A DNA stretch of 63,900 nt from a virus (lineage: Duplodnaviria; Caudoviricetes), in IMG/VR virus record IMGVR_UViG_3300020469_000046, positions 1 to 63,900 of that record, one strand, 5' to 3'. Every line of letters begins with the position of its first letter. Position 1 is the first letter of the stretch. The notes beneath the pieces are model-generated. The model was not told where the DNA came from. It saw only the letters and a program-made list of their open reading frames with translations, and ran no database searches. A program made the position numbers and the translations under genes. This document shows positions 36,501 through 46,837 of this stretch, one piece after another.

Positions 36501-39500
36501 GGTGCATCTTCTTCATATGCACTTTCAAATGTACTAGGAAAAGTAGTACTAAATGACCCTGAGAAGAGTGAAACAAAAGAAACATTAAATAAATTCCTCT
36601 ACAACTTTGGTTCTGGAAATAAGATTGTTTCAATTACTCCATTAGGAGGATCTAGTGTAAGACTTAAAACTGAAAAAAATCATAATTTTAGTAAAGTTAC
36701 CAGTATAGATATCACAAATACTGGAGGTGGATATGGAACTGGTGCTGTTGGTTCATTCTTTGGAGCAGAATTAACTGGAGGATCTGGTTCTGGAGCAAAT
36801 GCTCTTGTATCGGTAAATGCATCTGGACAATTAACTGGAGTAAGAGTAATTCATGGTGGAAGTGGATATAATACTGGAGATACTTTAGGTCTTGCTGGAA
36901 TTAGTACATTTGCATCTGTTACAGAAGCATCATTTAACGTTTTCGCAACTAGTGATTGTATAGATGATATAGTTGAAATTACTGGTGTTAATCATAGAAA
37001 GTATAATGCTTTTGGTAGAATTATTTCAATAGTTTCTCCCAATGAAATTGATGTAACTCTAGACAACTATGGATATCATGCAAATCTACCAGAACCAGAT
37101 GATTTAGATTTATCTAATGCAACATATCATCCAATTGGAACAAAATGTTTCAATATTGCTAGTGTATCAGCTAATTCTAACAATAGAACTTTAACTATAA
37201 CTAAGTCTTCTACAGAGTCAACTGTTAAATTAAATGTTGGTGATACTATTAAGGTTTCAAATAATTCTGCAAATGGTATATTTGATACTAATACCACAAT
37301 AAATCGTGAGAGATCCTTTATAATTGATAGTATTAGTGGAAATAATATTACAGTTAAATATGGAGATTTTTCTATAGGTCAATTAAATCTTTCAAGTTCT
37401 GGAGATTTTATATTCCATAATGGATATTCTTCAAGAACTGGATCTTCAGATGTTATTAATACAAGAACTGTACCTATCTACAAAGATGCTATTGGAATAC
37501 TTCAGTCACAAATTTCAACAAAAACAACAACTGTATTCTCAATTGCTGGTCTAACTAATCTTGGTTTAAATATTGGAGACTATTTACAAGTTAATAATGA
37601 AATAGTTAGAATTAAAGAAACTGTTTCGACAACAGTAGGAATTCTAAATATCAGTGTTTTCCGTGGAGTATTAGGATCACAAGCAGAAACTCATAATGTA
37701 AATGATCCAATCAAACAAATTAAAGTAATTCCAGTTGAACTCAGAAGAAACTCTTTAATTAGAGCATCTGCTCATACTTTTGAATACCTTGGTTTTGGTC
37801 CTGGTAATTATTCCACCGCATTCCCAGAGAAGCAAGATAGAAAATTAAGTGCGGATGAAGAAAAACTTTCTCATTCATTGAGATATAATGGTGGTGTCAG
37901 TGTATTCTCTTCTATGAATGCTGATGGAAACTTCTTTATTGGTAATAAAAAAATTAACTCTGCAAGTGGTAAAGAAGAAGTATTTGATGTACCAGTTCCA
38001 TCAAATGTAGGAGAAACTGATTATAAGAGAACTGACTATAATATTACAAGTTCTGATAAAGTTTCTGTTTCAAAATCTATTAAAGTTTCTGGAGGAAAAG
38101 ATAGTAAAGACATTTCTGAGTTTTATGGACCTGTATTCTTTGGTGATAAAATTACCTCAACATCAACCAAAGGTCTTGAGTCCGTATCTATCTTCCTACA
38201 AGGTGATGAAACTATATCAAGAAAGTTTACAATATCAGATACTCAACCTACAATTGCAGGTAATCCTGGTGATATTGTATTTAATTCAAAACCTGCTGAT
38301 GCAAAACTTGTTGGATGGATTTATGCTACTGGAAATCAGTGGTTAGAATTTGGTGACTCTCCAGGAATTGAAATTACAACAGATAATTCTTCTGGTACAG
38401 ATCATTACTTAACTTTCCTTGAAACTTTATCTCCCCCAGATGAAATTGAGAGTTTAAAAAATTCCTCAAAACTTAAATTTAAACCTGCAACAGGAGAATT
38501 AACTGCAACAAAATATCAAGGTGATGGTGGAGAACTTGATAACATTCATCCAGCAGCATTAATCCCAAGAGATCCTGTAAAATCTAATAATTCTTTTGAT
38601 AATTATCTATATGAAACTAGGAAACAATTTACTTTAACTGATAGTAAAACAATTACTGGATCTGCAGTATTTGGAGATACTGTTTTCACAAGTCTTGACG
38701 TTATAGATATTCCGTCTGGAATGAATCTTTCAGTATCACCTGGAACAAATTTTGTAGTTGGAGAAATTAGCGGTGTATTTAAAACAGATGATACTCAAGT
38801 TGATACACAACTTGAAACATATACGGGAACATTAGTAGATTGGAAAGTTGGTATTGAAGGTCCTGCATCTGCTCCAGATTATGATAATGATGTATTTAAA
38901 ATTATGTCTCAAGGGGGTGGTATAAGAACTACCGTTCTATCTGCAGGACCAGACGGAGTTGTTGGTGTTAATGCAGTTGAAACAATGTTCAATGCATCAC
39001 CATCTTCAATTGATAAATTACAGTCACTACAAGTAAGAGGAAGAGCAAATCAAACAGGTACACATATTTCAATTCTACCAAGAATAGGAAGTTCAGGTGC
39101 TTCAGAATTAAGACTATGGAATGGAGGTCCTGTAACTGAATGGTTAATTGGACAAAGATCTGGTACTAGTCATGAGTTAAGTTTCTCAACATTGATTTCA
39201 AATACTGTAACACCAAGAGTTACTATAGAAACTGATGGAACTATAAATGCAAATAGTTTTAACCTAACATCCGATATTAGGTTAAAAGAAAATATCAAGG
39301 TTATAAAAGATCCTTTATCATTAGTAAAGCAAATAAACGGAGTTACTTTTAATTGGAAGGATAATGCCAAACCTTCAGTTGGTTTAATTGCACAAGAAGT
39401 TGAAGAAATTTTACCACAACTTGTTAATACCAATGATCGAGGTAAATCAGTTAATTATAGTGGTATTATTGGATTACTTGTTGAGTGTATTAAGCAACAA

Positions 39501-39548
39501 CAAGTTGAAATTGATCTGCTGAGGATTTCCATATCAGATCCCGAATAA
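33507..39548 (+). CDS. Large virion structural protein with C-terminal peptidase S74 chaperone
   Basis: MGLSRLDNFLK start, IYVD...PFKTLQRA, beta-helix-like body, TSDIRLKENI...[10 protein letters not shown]; TAAATA late box upstream. Confidence 0.8.
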   Translation: MGLSRLDNFLKNVKGEIIYVDSNNIDATDAVENQGNSLARPFKTLQRALIEAARFSYQGGLDNDRFNKTTILLYPGDHYIDNRPGWIPTTEGNFLLRGGVSSTDFNQFSATSNFDITNPNNDLYKLNSVHGGVIVPRGTSIVGMDLRKTKIRPRYVPNPLNDNIGRSALLRVTGACYFWQLSILDSNTSDFCYKDYTTNKFTGNFSHHKLTCFEYADGVNPVVINDEFVSYSTDRTDLDMYYEKVGLLFGVSSGRNVSPDYPDANLDIQPRVEEYRIVGTRSGEVGIASIRSGNGTIPSSLVTVILSEPLDEIDVDSIIRIEGINSPGYDGEHSVTRVINSSEIQYKLDSTPLDANPSTSGATTNIIIDTVDSASPYIFNCSLRSVFGLNGLHADGSKATGFKSMVTAQFTGIGLQKDNNAFVKYNTVNGIYQDTNTFGNENIHTDSRARFRPDWENFHIKCSNDGYIQCVSIFAIGFAKHFVAESGGDQSINNSNSNFGSHAFVASGFRSAAFPKDDVGYITHIIPPKQVDTNVTSLEFYPIDINATTTSVAKVHFYNQSDPNIIPEDTYQGYRIGAKDFDQIKVIQGNSTYSATIVMPNTETTTRRTSKKISTVSRTIAGISSISNNIVTFTEPHEFLDGESIRIISDNGNLPVGLVEDEIYYAITTADDFTDSTVQIKIAKTVNDALNNNEILINSAGGVLRVESRVSDKKPGELGHPIQYDFTKLLWYITVSNNSTQNTITSGLTGNGATSRSYFERLTDTRPDDDRIYRLRYVIPSDSPSLGRPPLEGYVLQESNSTIGKNNSEIVKQFSITDSALSNSTELRNFRIINSATWGASVGGGGTATGIATFTSELPHDLISGTEVEIVSIASTNNTTATTNRGFNGRFEVTGISTVVNQFSVEIPNDPGEFTGTASLRVTSIPRFKKVFTKDSFIIYRSEEVQEYIQGQQDGVYNLIVLNASNSPEVEPYASQKFSQPVKNLYPQLDRDNLKSDPGASSSYALSNVLGKVVLNDPEKSETKETLNKFLYNFGSGNKIVSITPLGGSSVRLKTEKNHNFSKVTSIDITNTGGGYGTGAVGSFFGAELTGGSGSGANALVSVNASGQLTGVRVIHGGSGYNTGDTLGLAGISTFASVTEASFNVFATSDCIDDIVEITGVNHRKYNAFGRIISIVSPNEIDVTLDNYGYHANLPEPDDLDLSNATYHPIGTKCFNIASVSANSNNRTLTITKSSTESTVKLNVGDTIKVSNNSANGIFDTNTTINRERSFIIDSISGNNITVKYGDFSIGQLNLSSSGDFIFHNGYSSRTGSSDVINTRTVPIYKDAIGILQSQISTKTTTVFSIAGLTNLGLNIGDYLQVNNEIVRIKETVSTTVGILNISVFRGVLGSQAETHNVNDPIKQIKVIPVELRRNSLIRASAHTFEYLGFGPGNYSTAFPEKQDRKLSADEEKLSHSLRYNGGVSVFSSMNADGNFFIGNKKINSASGKEEVFDVPVPSNVGETDYKRTDYNITSSDKVSVSKSIKVSGGKDSKDISEFYGPVFFGDKITSTSTKGLESVSIFLQGDETISRKFTISDTQPTIAGNPGDIVFNSKPADAKLVGWIYATGNQWLEFGDSPGIEITTDNSSGTDHYLTFLETLSPPDEIESLKNSSKLKFKPATGELTATKYQGDGGELDNIHPAALIPRDPVKSNNSFDNYLYETRKQFTLTDSKTITGSAVFGDTVFTSLDVIDIPSGMNLSVSPGTNFVVGEISGVFKTDDTQVDTQLETYTGTLVDWKVGIEGPASAPDYDNDVFKIMSQGGGIRTTVLSAGPDGVVGVNAVETMFNASPSSIDKLQSLQVRGRANQTGTHISILPRIGSSGASELRLWNGGPVTEWLIGQRSGTSHELSFSTLISNTVTPRVTIETDGTINANSFNLTSDIRLKENIKVIKDPLSLVKQINGVTFNWKDNAKPSVGLIAQEVEEILPQLVNTNDRGKSVNYSGIIGLLVECIKQQQVEIDLLRISISDPE

Positions 39549-39584
39549 ATAGAAATTAAGGAACTTGACTAAAGTTAGAATCTA

Positions 39585-40853
39585 ATGTCTTTACTTAAAG
39601 TAGATACTATAAGAAATAGAAGTAATAGTGGTGCTCCCGAATTTGATTTGGGACTCAATGTAATTACTGGGATATCTTCTCTAGGGAGTGTGAAAGTTCA
39701 TGCAGGAATTATAACATCAGTATCTAATACAGGAATTGTTACTTTTTATGGAGATGGAAGCGGTCTCAGTCAAGTTCCAAATTCATCTCTAATTAATTCA
39801 ACAATTTCTGGTAGAGCTCTTGGAACGAATTTAAGAAATTTAACTCCAGGAACTTATATTACAGGAAGTACTTATAATGGTGGTACTGCAAGAACATTTG
39901 CTGTAGATGCAACTTCTTCAAATACTGCAAGTAAAGTAGTTGCTAGAGATGGTAGTGGAGACTTTTCATCTCGTTATATCACGGCAACTAAATTTGTAAA
40001 AAGTAGTGGAACTTCTTCACAGTTTTTAAAGGCTGATGGAAGTATTGATTCTAATGCCTATTTAACGAATGCTAATGTTGGAAATGGAAGACTAACTCTT
40101 TCTGCTGGAACTGGTGTTAGTTTGAGTGCTACTCCAAGGTTTGATGCCAATCAAACCGCAAATAAAACTATTACGGTATCTACAAACGGAACTTCTTCTA
40201 ACACTGGCAGTACGCTTGTCTTGAGAGGTTCTGGTGGTGAAGTATCTGTTGGAGCAATTACTGCTAGTAGTGCTGAATTGACGGGTAATATAACTGCATC
40301 TGGATTCTTAGTTACAGGACAATCTGGATTTTTAAAAGCAAATGGAACTGTAGATACTACAACATATCTTTCTAATGGAAATATTAGTGATTCTCAAATA
40401 ACCTTTACAGCTTCTGGAAGTGGATTTTCGATTGGAGCAACCCAATCAGTTACATTAAATCAATCTGGTGCTGCAACTATTGCATTTTCATTAAATTCTG
40501 CTACTGGAAATACTGGAAGTACATTAGTATTCAGAGATTCAAATGGAGATTTTTCTGCTAGAGATATAAGTGCTAGAACTTTTGATACAACTTCAGATGC
40601 AAATTTAAAAACTAATGTTCTAAAAGTTGATAATGCATTAGATGTACTTGAAAAAATCAATGGAGTTTCTTTCAAATGGAAGAACAACGGTGAAAATTCA
40701 ATGGGTGTAATTGCACAAGATGTTGAAAAAGTCCTTCCAGAATTAATTAATAATTCTGGCGAATATAAGTCCGTAAACTATAATGGACTAATCGCAGTAT
40801 TAATTGAGTCTATTAAAGAATTAAAAGAAGAGATAGAAGAACTAAAAAAATAA
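39585..40853 (+). CDS. Tail fibre with peptidase S74 chaperone
   Basis: FLKADGS/RDxxGDF fibre repeats; TSDANLK...GVIAQDVE.VLPE. Confidence 0.8.
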   Translation: MSLLKVDTIRNRSNSGAPEFDLGLNVITGISSLGSVKVHAGIITSVSNTGIVTFYGDGSGLSQVPNSSLINSTISGRALGTNLRNLTPGTYITGSTYNGGTARTFAVDATSSNTASKVVARDGSGDFSSRYITATKFVKSSGTSSQFLKADGSIDSNAYLTNANVGNGRLTLSAGTGVSLSATPRFDANQTANKTITVSTNGTSSNTGSTLVLRGSGGEVSVGAITASSAELTGNITASGFLVTGQSGFLKANGTVDTTTYLSNGNISDSQITFTASGSGFSIGATQSVTLNQSGAATIAFSLNSATGNTGSTLVFRDSNGDFSARDISARTFDTTSDANLKTNVLKVDNALDVLEKINGVSFKWKNNGENSMGVIAQDVEKVLPELINNSGEYKSVNYNGLIAVLIESIKELKEEIEELKK

Positions 40854-40877
40854 CTAAATATTAGTAAATAAAAAGGG

Positions 40878-40964
40878 GGGATAGTGAACTCCAGGAGATC
40901 AAATGTCAATAGATAAGAATTTCGTAATTAAGAATGGATTAGAAGTTGACGCTGGAACACTATT
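40878..40964 (+). repeat. 87-bp exact repeat, copy 1 (leader and 5' end of a fibre gene); similarity continues for about 700 bp
   Basis: Identical to 46751-46837 by eye. Confidence 0.85.
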
Positions 40965-43900
40965 TGTAAACCCACAAAGTAATTCGGTTGGAGTAGGAAC
41001 TACCAATCCAAACTATAACTTAGAAGTTTCTGGTATAATTGGACTTAGTAGTGCTATTAGTATCGGTGGTACTACTGGAATCACAGGACAAGCTTTATTT
41101 TCAACTGGTGATGGCGCTGAATGGAGAGCATTACCAAATTTAAGGGAGAGTGTATTAGAAATTGCTACTGAGGGACAAACTATATTCCCTGCGTCAGCTA
41201 TATTTGAACACAATCCACTATTATTAGATGTATTTTTGAATGGTGTAAAATTAAGAGAAATCTCAGAATATACTTCCGTTAATAGTGACACAAGAGTTCA
41301 AATCTTAGTACCTACATTTCTTGGCGATGTTGTAGAATTAATTACTTATAGCGCCACAAGTTTTGCATCAGGATCTCAAGGAGTTCAGGGTTTCGGAGGA
41401 ATAAACGGGGCACAGGGTGCTGATGGTATTCAAGGATCTGATGGTGCATTTGCTGCTCAAGGTATTCAAGGTACTCAAGGTATTCAAGGATCTCCAGGTA
41501 CTCAAGGATTTGAAGGAATTCCAGGACCTTTAGGTATTCAAGGTGTTCAGGGAAATTTAGGAGTCCAAGGAGAACGTGGTGTTCAAGGAAGTACTGGCCC
41601 TCAAGGATCCCAAGGTGTACAGGGACTTATTGGTCCAATCGGAATTCAAGGAGATATAGGATTCCCAGGTGTCCAAGGTTCTATGGGTTACACTGGACTT
41701 CAAGGTAATCCAGGTTCTCAAGGTATTCAAGGATCACAGGGTGATCAAGTAACTGCAAAAACATATACATTTACAGCTGCTGGTGGTGAATACTATATTG
41801 ATGGTATTGTAAAAGATACCCTTCATTTAATTAGAGGTCAAAAGTATATCTTTGATGGATCTGCTGCTACAACTCATCCAATAAGACTATCCACAGATTC
41901 TGGAAATAGTGTTCCTTATTCAAGTGGTTATACTGTCGGATCTAATAACACTCATACTTTTGTAGTTCCTTATGATGCACCAGATACACTTTATTATTAT
42001 TGCACCAATCACTCAAATATGGGTGCTTCTATATCTATTAAAGATCTAACAGGAAACGATCTTCAAGGTATTCAAGGAATCTCTGGATCTGCAGTAGCAC
42101 AAGGTATACAGGGTAGTACTGGTCAAGGTGCTCAAGGTACTCAAGGTATCCAAGGTATTCAAGGAACAGGAATTCAAGGTACTCAAGGAATACCAGGATC
42201 ATATGCTGGGCAAGGTATTCAGGGTACACAAGGCCTTCAAGGTAGTTTTGGTAATCAAGGAACTGCTGGAAACTTTGCAGCTCAAGGTATTCAAGGTATC
42301 CAAGGTCTTCAAGGTATTCTTGGTCCTCAAGGTGGTGTGGGTATTCAAGGTGTTCAGGGAATTATTGGTAATCAGGGTATTCAAGGACGCCTAGGTACCC
42401 AAGGTCCATTTGGAACACAAGGACCATTAGGATTCCAAGGAAACCAAGGTGTACAAGGTACGCAAGGATTAGTTGGTGCTGTAGGTTCTCAAGGAACTGC
42501 TGGTGAATTTGCAGCGCAGGGTATTCAAGGTGCTCAAGGAACTTCAGGTGTTCAAGGTGAAGCATCAAATGCTGAAGGTTACTGGGAAAAAAATACCTAC
42601 AACTCTGGAATTTCAACAACATCAGATGTTGGTATTGGAACAACTTCTGTTTACGGACCAAATGCAGTTGATCGTGGAAATACTGCAATACTTGCAGTTG
42701 GTTCAATTAGAACTCGTAATGTCAACTCAATTAATTTAAATCTATCTGGAATTGCTACTGTAGGAAGTGGTTTAAATGTAGTAGGAGTAACTACATTATC
42801 TTCTGGAAGAATTCAAATTGATGGAGCAAAAAATATAAGAATTGGTAATTCTGCAGCAGGTAGTGGTAGTAATAGAAACATTGCAATTGGCGATCAGGTT
42901 TTAGGTTCTCTTGCTAGTGGTAATGGTAGAAATATTGGTATTGGTGAATTTGCACTTAACGATATTACTAGTGGTGCATATAATGTTGGACTAGGTGTAA
43001 GAGCAGGACAAAAGATAGACTCTGGTTCTTATAATGTTGTTATAGGTGGATATGATGGAGATGAAACAAGTTTAGATATTACAGAATCATCAAATAATGT
43101 AGTAATTTCTGATGGTGAAGGTAATATTCGTCAATATATTGATTCTGATGGAAAAGTTTGCATCAATACAACTGTACCTCGCACTGAACTAACAGTTTCT
43201 GGTATTGTTTCCGCAACAAGTTTCTATGGACAACTAAATGCTTCTCAACTTACAGGATCACTACCTCCGATTGATGGTAGTAATTTGATAGGAGTTGTTG
43301 CTACAAATTCTGGTATTATAGTTGCAAACAATGGTTCCACACTTGGTGTTGGTGCAACACTTAATTTTGCAGATGACTTAGATATTGAACTTAGTGCTGG
43401 TGTTGCTACAGTATCTCTAAACGATAATCAGAACTTTACTGAACTCAACGTATCTGGTGTTTCTACATTTAATGGTGTAAGTTTGATGTCGGATATATTA
43501 TCCTCTAATATAAACAATACTGGGATTATTACTACATCTCAAATTAGATTTGGATCAATTGGAGCGATAACCGATCTAAATTATGATATACGTCAAGCAA
43601 ATACCTTGACGTTTGGTGGCGGGGAAATGGCAATGTATACCCGATCTGATGGTAGTCGGAATTATAGTCAGATACTTATAGATAATTATCCACTTTACAT
43701 TGGAACACAGGGTGATCAGGGTGGTAATTTTTATTACACCTCTCTATTAAGTGTAAATCCTGGTAACGATTCTGGTAGTTCTGGAACTAGTGATGCTTTC
43801 ATTTCTTTAGGTCATGGACAACATATAAGTAATGGTAGCGGTGGTAATGTAACAACCAGATTAAAAACTACTGGAACGGGTGTTACTGTATTTGGTAATT

Positions 43901-44571
43901 TAGATTTACTTTCTGGCAATGTAAGTGTTTCTGGAGTTATTACAGCGACATCATTCACTGGTTCAGGTGCAAACTTAACTAATCTTCCAGCAGGACAATT
44001 AACTGGTGCTCTACCATCACTTGATGGTTCTGCATTGACTGGTGTGATTGCATCAGGAACTGGCATTGAATTTAAAAATAATGATTCAACAGTTGGTACA
44101 GCAGGAACGGTAAACTTCGGAGACGGATTAGATGTACAATATAATTCAAACACAGGAATTACAACAGTTGTAGCATCTGGAGGATCTCTTCAGTCAAGAA
44201 CTACAGTATCTGGTTCTACAACGTCAATTGCAGATAACGCAACTGCATACATTTCAATCAATGGATTTAAATCTTATGCTCTAATGCACGTTGGATTATC
44301 CACAGAAGGTTGGATAAGACTATATACTGATAGTACATCCAGATCAAATGATTCTACCAGAAGTCTTGGAGATGATCCACTTTCTGGTAGTGGAGTAATT
44401 GCTGAAGTAGCAACTTCAGGAATTTCAACTCAACAAAATATTTCCCCATTTGTACTTGGTGGAAATATGAATGATCCAGTTGACACAACGATTTATGTTG
44501 CTATTACTAATCTTTCAGGATCGACACAATCTATTACTGCATACCTAAAAATTCTTCAACTGGAGGCATAA
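40903..44571 (+). CDS. Collagen-like tail fibre with cupredoxin-like module
   Basis: KNFVIKNGL N-terminus, Gly-X-Gln repeats, HP...YYCTNHSNM, NxAIG/YN repeats. Confidence 0.8.
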   Translation: MSIDKNFVIKNGLEVDAGTLFVNPQSNSVGVGTTNPNYNLEVSGIIGLSSAISIGGTTGITGQALFSTGDGAEWRALPNLRESVLEIATEGQTIFPASAIFEHNPLLLDVFLNGVKLREISEYTSVNSDTRVQILVPTFLGDVVELITYSATSFASGSQGVQGFGGINGAQGADGIQGSDGAFAAQGIQGTQGIQGSPGTQGFEGIPGPLGIQGVQGNLGVQGERGVQGSTGPQGSQGVQGLIGPIGIQGDIGFPGVQGSMGYTGLQGNPGSQGIQGSQGDQVTAKTYTFTAAGGEYYIDGIVKDTLHLIRGQKYIFDGSAATTHPIRLSTDSGNSVPYSSGYTVGSNNTHTFVVPYDAPDTLYYYCTNHSNMGASISIKDLTGNDLQGIQGISGSAVAQGIQGSTGQGAQGTQGIQGIQGTGIQGTQGIPGSYAGQGIQGTQGLQGSFGNQGTAGNFAAQGIQGIQGLQGILGPQGGVGIQGVQGIIGNQGIQGRLGTQGPFGTQGPLGFQGNQGVQGTQGLVGAVGSQGTAGEFAAQGIQGAQGTSGVQGEASNAEGYWEKNTYNSGISTTSDVGIGTTSVYGPNAVDRGNTAILAVGSIRTRNVNSINLNLSGIATVGSGLNVVGVTTLSSGRIQIDGAKNIRIGNSAAGSGSNRNIAIGDQVLGSLASGNGRNIGIGEFALNDITSGAYNVGLGVRAGQKIDSGSYNVVIGGYDGDETSLDITESSNNVVISDGEGNIRQYIDSDGKVCINTTVPRTELTVSGIVSATSFYGQLNASQLTGSLPPIDGSNLIGVVATNSGIIVANNGSTLGVGATLNFADDLDIELSAGVATVSLNDNQNFTELNVSGVSTFNGVSLMSDILSSNINNTGIITTSQIRFGSIGAITDLNYDIRQANTLTFGGGEMAMYTRSDGSRNYSQILIDNYPLYIGTQGDQGGNFYYTSLLSVNPGNDSGSSGTSDAFISLGHGQHISNGSGGNVTTRLKTTGTGVTVFGNLDLLSGNVSVSGVITATSFTGSGANLTNLPAGQLTGALPSLDGSALTGVIASGTGIEFKNNDSTVGTAGTVNFGDGLDVQYNSNTGITTVVASGGSLQSRTTVSGSTTSIADNATAYISINGFKSYALMHVGLSTEGWIRLYTDSTSRSNDSTRSLGDDPLSGSGVIAEVATSGISTQQNISPFVLGGNMNDPVDTTIYVAITNLSGSTQSITAYLKILQLEA

Positions 44572-44578
44572 GTAAAAA

Positions 44579-46495
44579 ATGGCAATTTCAAAAAATATAG
44601 TTTCACTCAACCCTGGATTTGGAAGTACTGATGTAATTTATCAATTAGAACAGCAATTTACATATTTAAATTTACATGGAACTGGACGTTCTGGATTAAT
44701 TGTTGGTGTTTCTAGTTATACCGATCCAGGAAGAACCTCTTCTGTGAGAAATGAGAGATTTAGCGATATAAGACAAAAATCAACAACTGGAATTGGAACT
44801 GGAGCAAGTTTTTATGTATATAGACAAGGTAATGGAGATGTAAATGAACTTCGCCCCAATAGACCAGGATATGGATATACTGCAGGAGATACAATAACAC
44901 TATCAGCAGAAGATTTAGGTGGATCTGCAAATGGTGCTAATGATGTAATAATCAAACCAGCAATTTATGCTCATAAAACTTCAGATGCACAAACATTTGA
45001 TGTAGAACTGACAGGTCTCTATGAAATATCTGGAACTGATAGAAATGGAACTATTTCAGATAAAACAATTACTGTTAAAGAAGGTGATAGTATAAGGTTT
45101 ACTGATAATTTAGGAAGCCAGTATTATGGATTCGGTGTATATTGGGATAGAGGACCTTATAATTCCACATTCCAGGCTGCAGATGGTAATGGGCGTTACT
45201 ATGGTAGTGAGTATAATAGGGTTTTTAATACATATTACGCCTCCTCAAATGGTGGGGGTGGTGAAATTATTACATGGACACCCGAATGTGGACAAAGAGG
45301 AATTTTTAGAGTCTTAGATAATAGTAACTATTCATCTGTTCCAATTACAATTATTGTAGAACCAGATGATAGTAACTGGGCTTATCCTACTGTTGGAAGT
45401 GCAACAACATTTCACGGAAGATTCTCTGATCCAAATGCAATTTATGCATGGGGAGTATTAAAACATGACATTGAACCTGACAAAAAATTTGGATCAACTT
45501 ACAGAGCATTTCAAGTTGTTTCAGATAACAATATGGTAATTAATGTTGGAAGTGACTTTTATCCAAACATAGGAATATCTACTATTTCTAGAGGCACTGA
45601 TTCCTTTACAAGTGCATATAGACGTAATAGATTTTGTGGAGCGTATATGTCTGATATGCCATATAACCTGACCAGCATTCCTGGTATGCTTAATGACAAT
45701 TCATATGAAAATGATTATTCAAATCCCACCAAAATCTATACGAATTATTGTCAAATTAAAGCATCAGAATTTAAATATACTGAGTCAAATGCATATCGAT
45801 TAGACTTAACTTCATATAAATCAGGATTAAATCCAAAATTTGTTGTTTATTCTTATAGACAACCAACACGTTCTTCAACTAATTTAGGTGGAAACACTTA
45901 TGCAACTTTTATACTTCATGATCATATTGGTACAATTTGGGATCATGATAATTGCTTTACTTCTGGAGTGACCAAAATTAATTTTGGAGGAGGTAGTCCA
46001 GATAATCCATATATTTCATTTACAACTCATATTGCTGGAGATCATTATGATAGATATAATGCCCAAGCCTCACAAAGAGCAGGTGAATATGGATATTTAA
46101 ATTCTGATTTTGGTAATTATTCAGATTATTATGACCAGGCTACTACAATTTATCATCCAAATTCATATAAAACGGGAAGTGATGTTTCTACCAGTGATTC
46201 TAGAATTTATTATCGTGGTTTAGAGGATAGGAGAGATCGTGATGGTATAACTGCTGATATGGACTTTAATGCAGTTATTAAAGGAATTCCAATTTGTACT
46301 CAGTTAGTCCCATTCCCTTTCTATATACCAGATGATTTTGTACTAATTCAATTTGATTATGCAACACCAAATTCAAATATTCAACAAGGTGATACTGTTA
46401 CAGTTAGTGGAAGTGAAATTTATGAAGTTATTGTTGGTTCTTATAATCAAACTGATAGAACCAGAGGTATTCTATTCTGTGCGAGGACAACCTGA
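44579..46495 (+). CDS. Fibre-associated hypothetical structural protein
   Basis: 638 aa; G.GASF.V...GYGY..GD.I module; follows the fibre gene. Confidence 0.6.
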   Translation: MAISKNIVSLNPGFGSTDVIYQLEQQFTYLNLHGTGRSGLIVGVSSYTDPGRTSSVRNERFSDIRQKSTTGIGTGASFYVYRQGNGDVNELRPNRPGYGYTAGDTITLSAEDLGGSANGANDVIIKPAIYAHKTSDAQTFDVELTGLYEISGTDRNGTISDKTITVKEGDSIRFTDNLGSQYYGFGVYWDRGPYNSTFQAADGNGRYYGSEYNRVFNTYYASSNGGGGEIITWTPECGQRGIFRVLDNSNYSSVPITIIVEPDDSNWAYPTVGSATTFHGRFSDPNAIYAWGVLKHDIEPDKKFGSTYRAFQVVSDNNMVINVGSDFYPNIGISTISRGTDSFTSAYRRNRFCGAYMSDMPYNLTSIPGMLNDNSYENDYSNPTKIYTNYCQIKASEFKYTESNAYRLDLTSYKSGLNPKFVVYSYRQPTRSSTNLGGNTYATFILHDHIGTIWDHDNCFTSGVTKINFGGGSPDNPYISFTTHIAGDHYDRYNAQASQRAGEYGYLNSDFGNYSDYYDQATTIYHPNSYKTGSDVSTSDSRIYYRGLEDRRDRDGITADMDFNAVIKGIPICTQLVPFPFYIPDDFVLIQFDYATPNSNIQQGDTVTVSGSEIYEVIVGSYNQTDRTRGILFCARTT

Positions 46496-46725
46496 TGGCA
46501 GATTATTCATTTCCTAATTTAGATACAACAATTAGTTTATCAGATTCAACAAAAGATTTTAAAATTCAAACAACAAATACTTTTGTTGTTGAATCTAGTA
46601 ATGGAACAATTTCTGTTGGCAACTTGTCTTTAGAATTGGATACAACTCAATATTCATCACCTCCAAGATTGAGAGCAGCACCTCCAAGAAGAGGTAGATT
46701 TGGTCAACTCTACCCAAGATTTTAA
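46495..46725 (+). CDS. Small hypothetical protein
   Basis: TGATG-coupled; ends GQLYPRF. Confidence 0.55.
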   Translation: MADYSFPNLDTTISLSDSTKDFKIQTTNTFVVESSNGTISVGNLSLELDTTQYSSPPRLRAAPPRRGRFGQLYPRF

Positions 46726-46750
46726 ATAAATAATACTACTAAAATAAGGA

Positions 46751-46837
46751 GGGATAGTGAACTCCAGGAGATCAAATGTCAATAGATAAGAATTTCGTAA
46801 TTAAGAATGGATTAGAAGTTGACGCTGGAACACTATT
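46751..46837 (+). repeat. 87-bp exact repeat, copy 2
   Basis: Identical to 40878-40964. Confidence 0.85.
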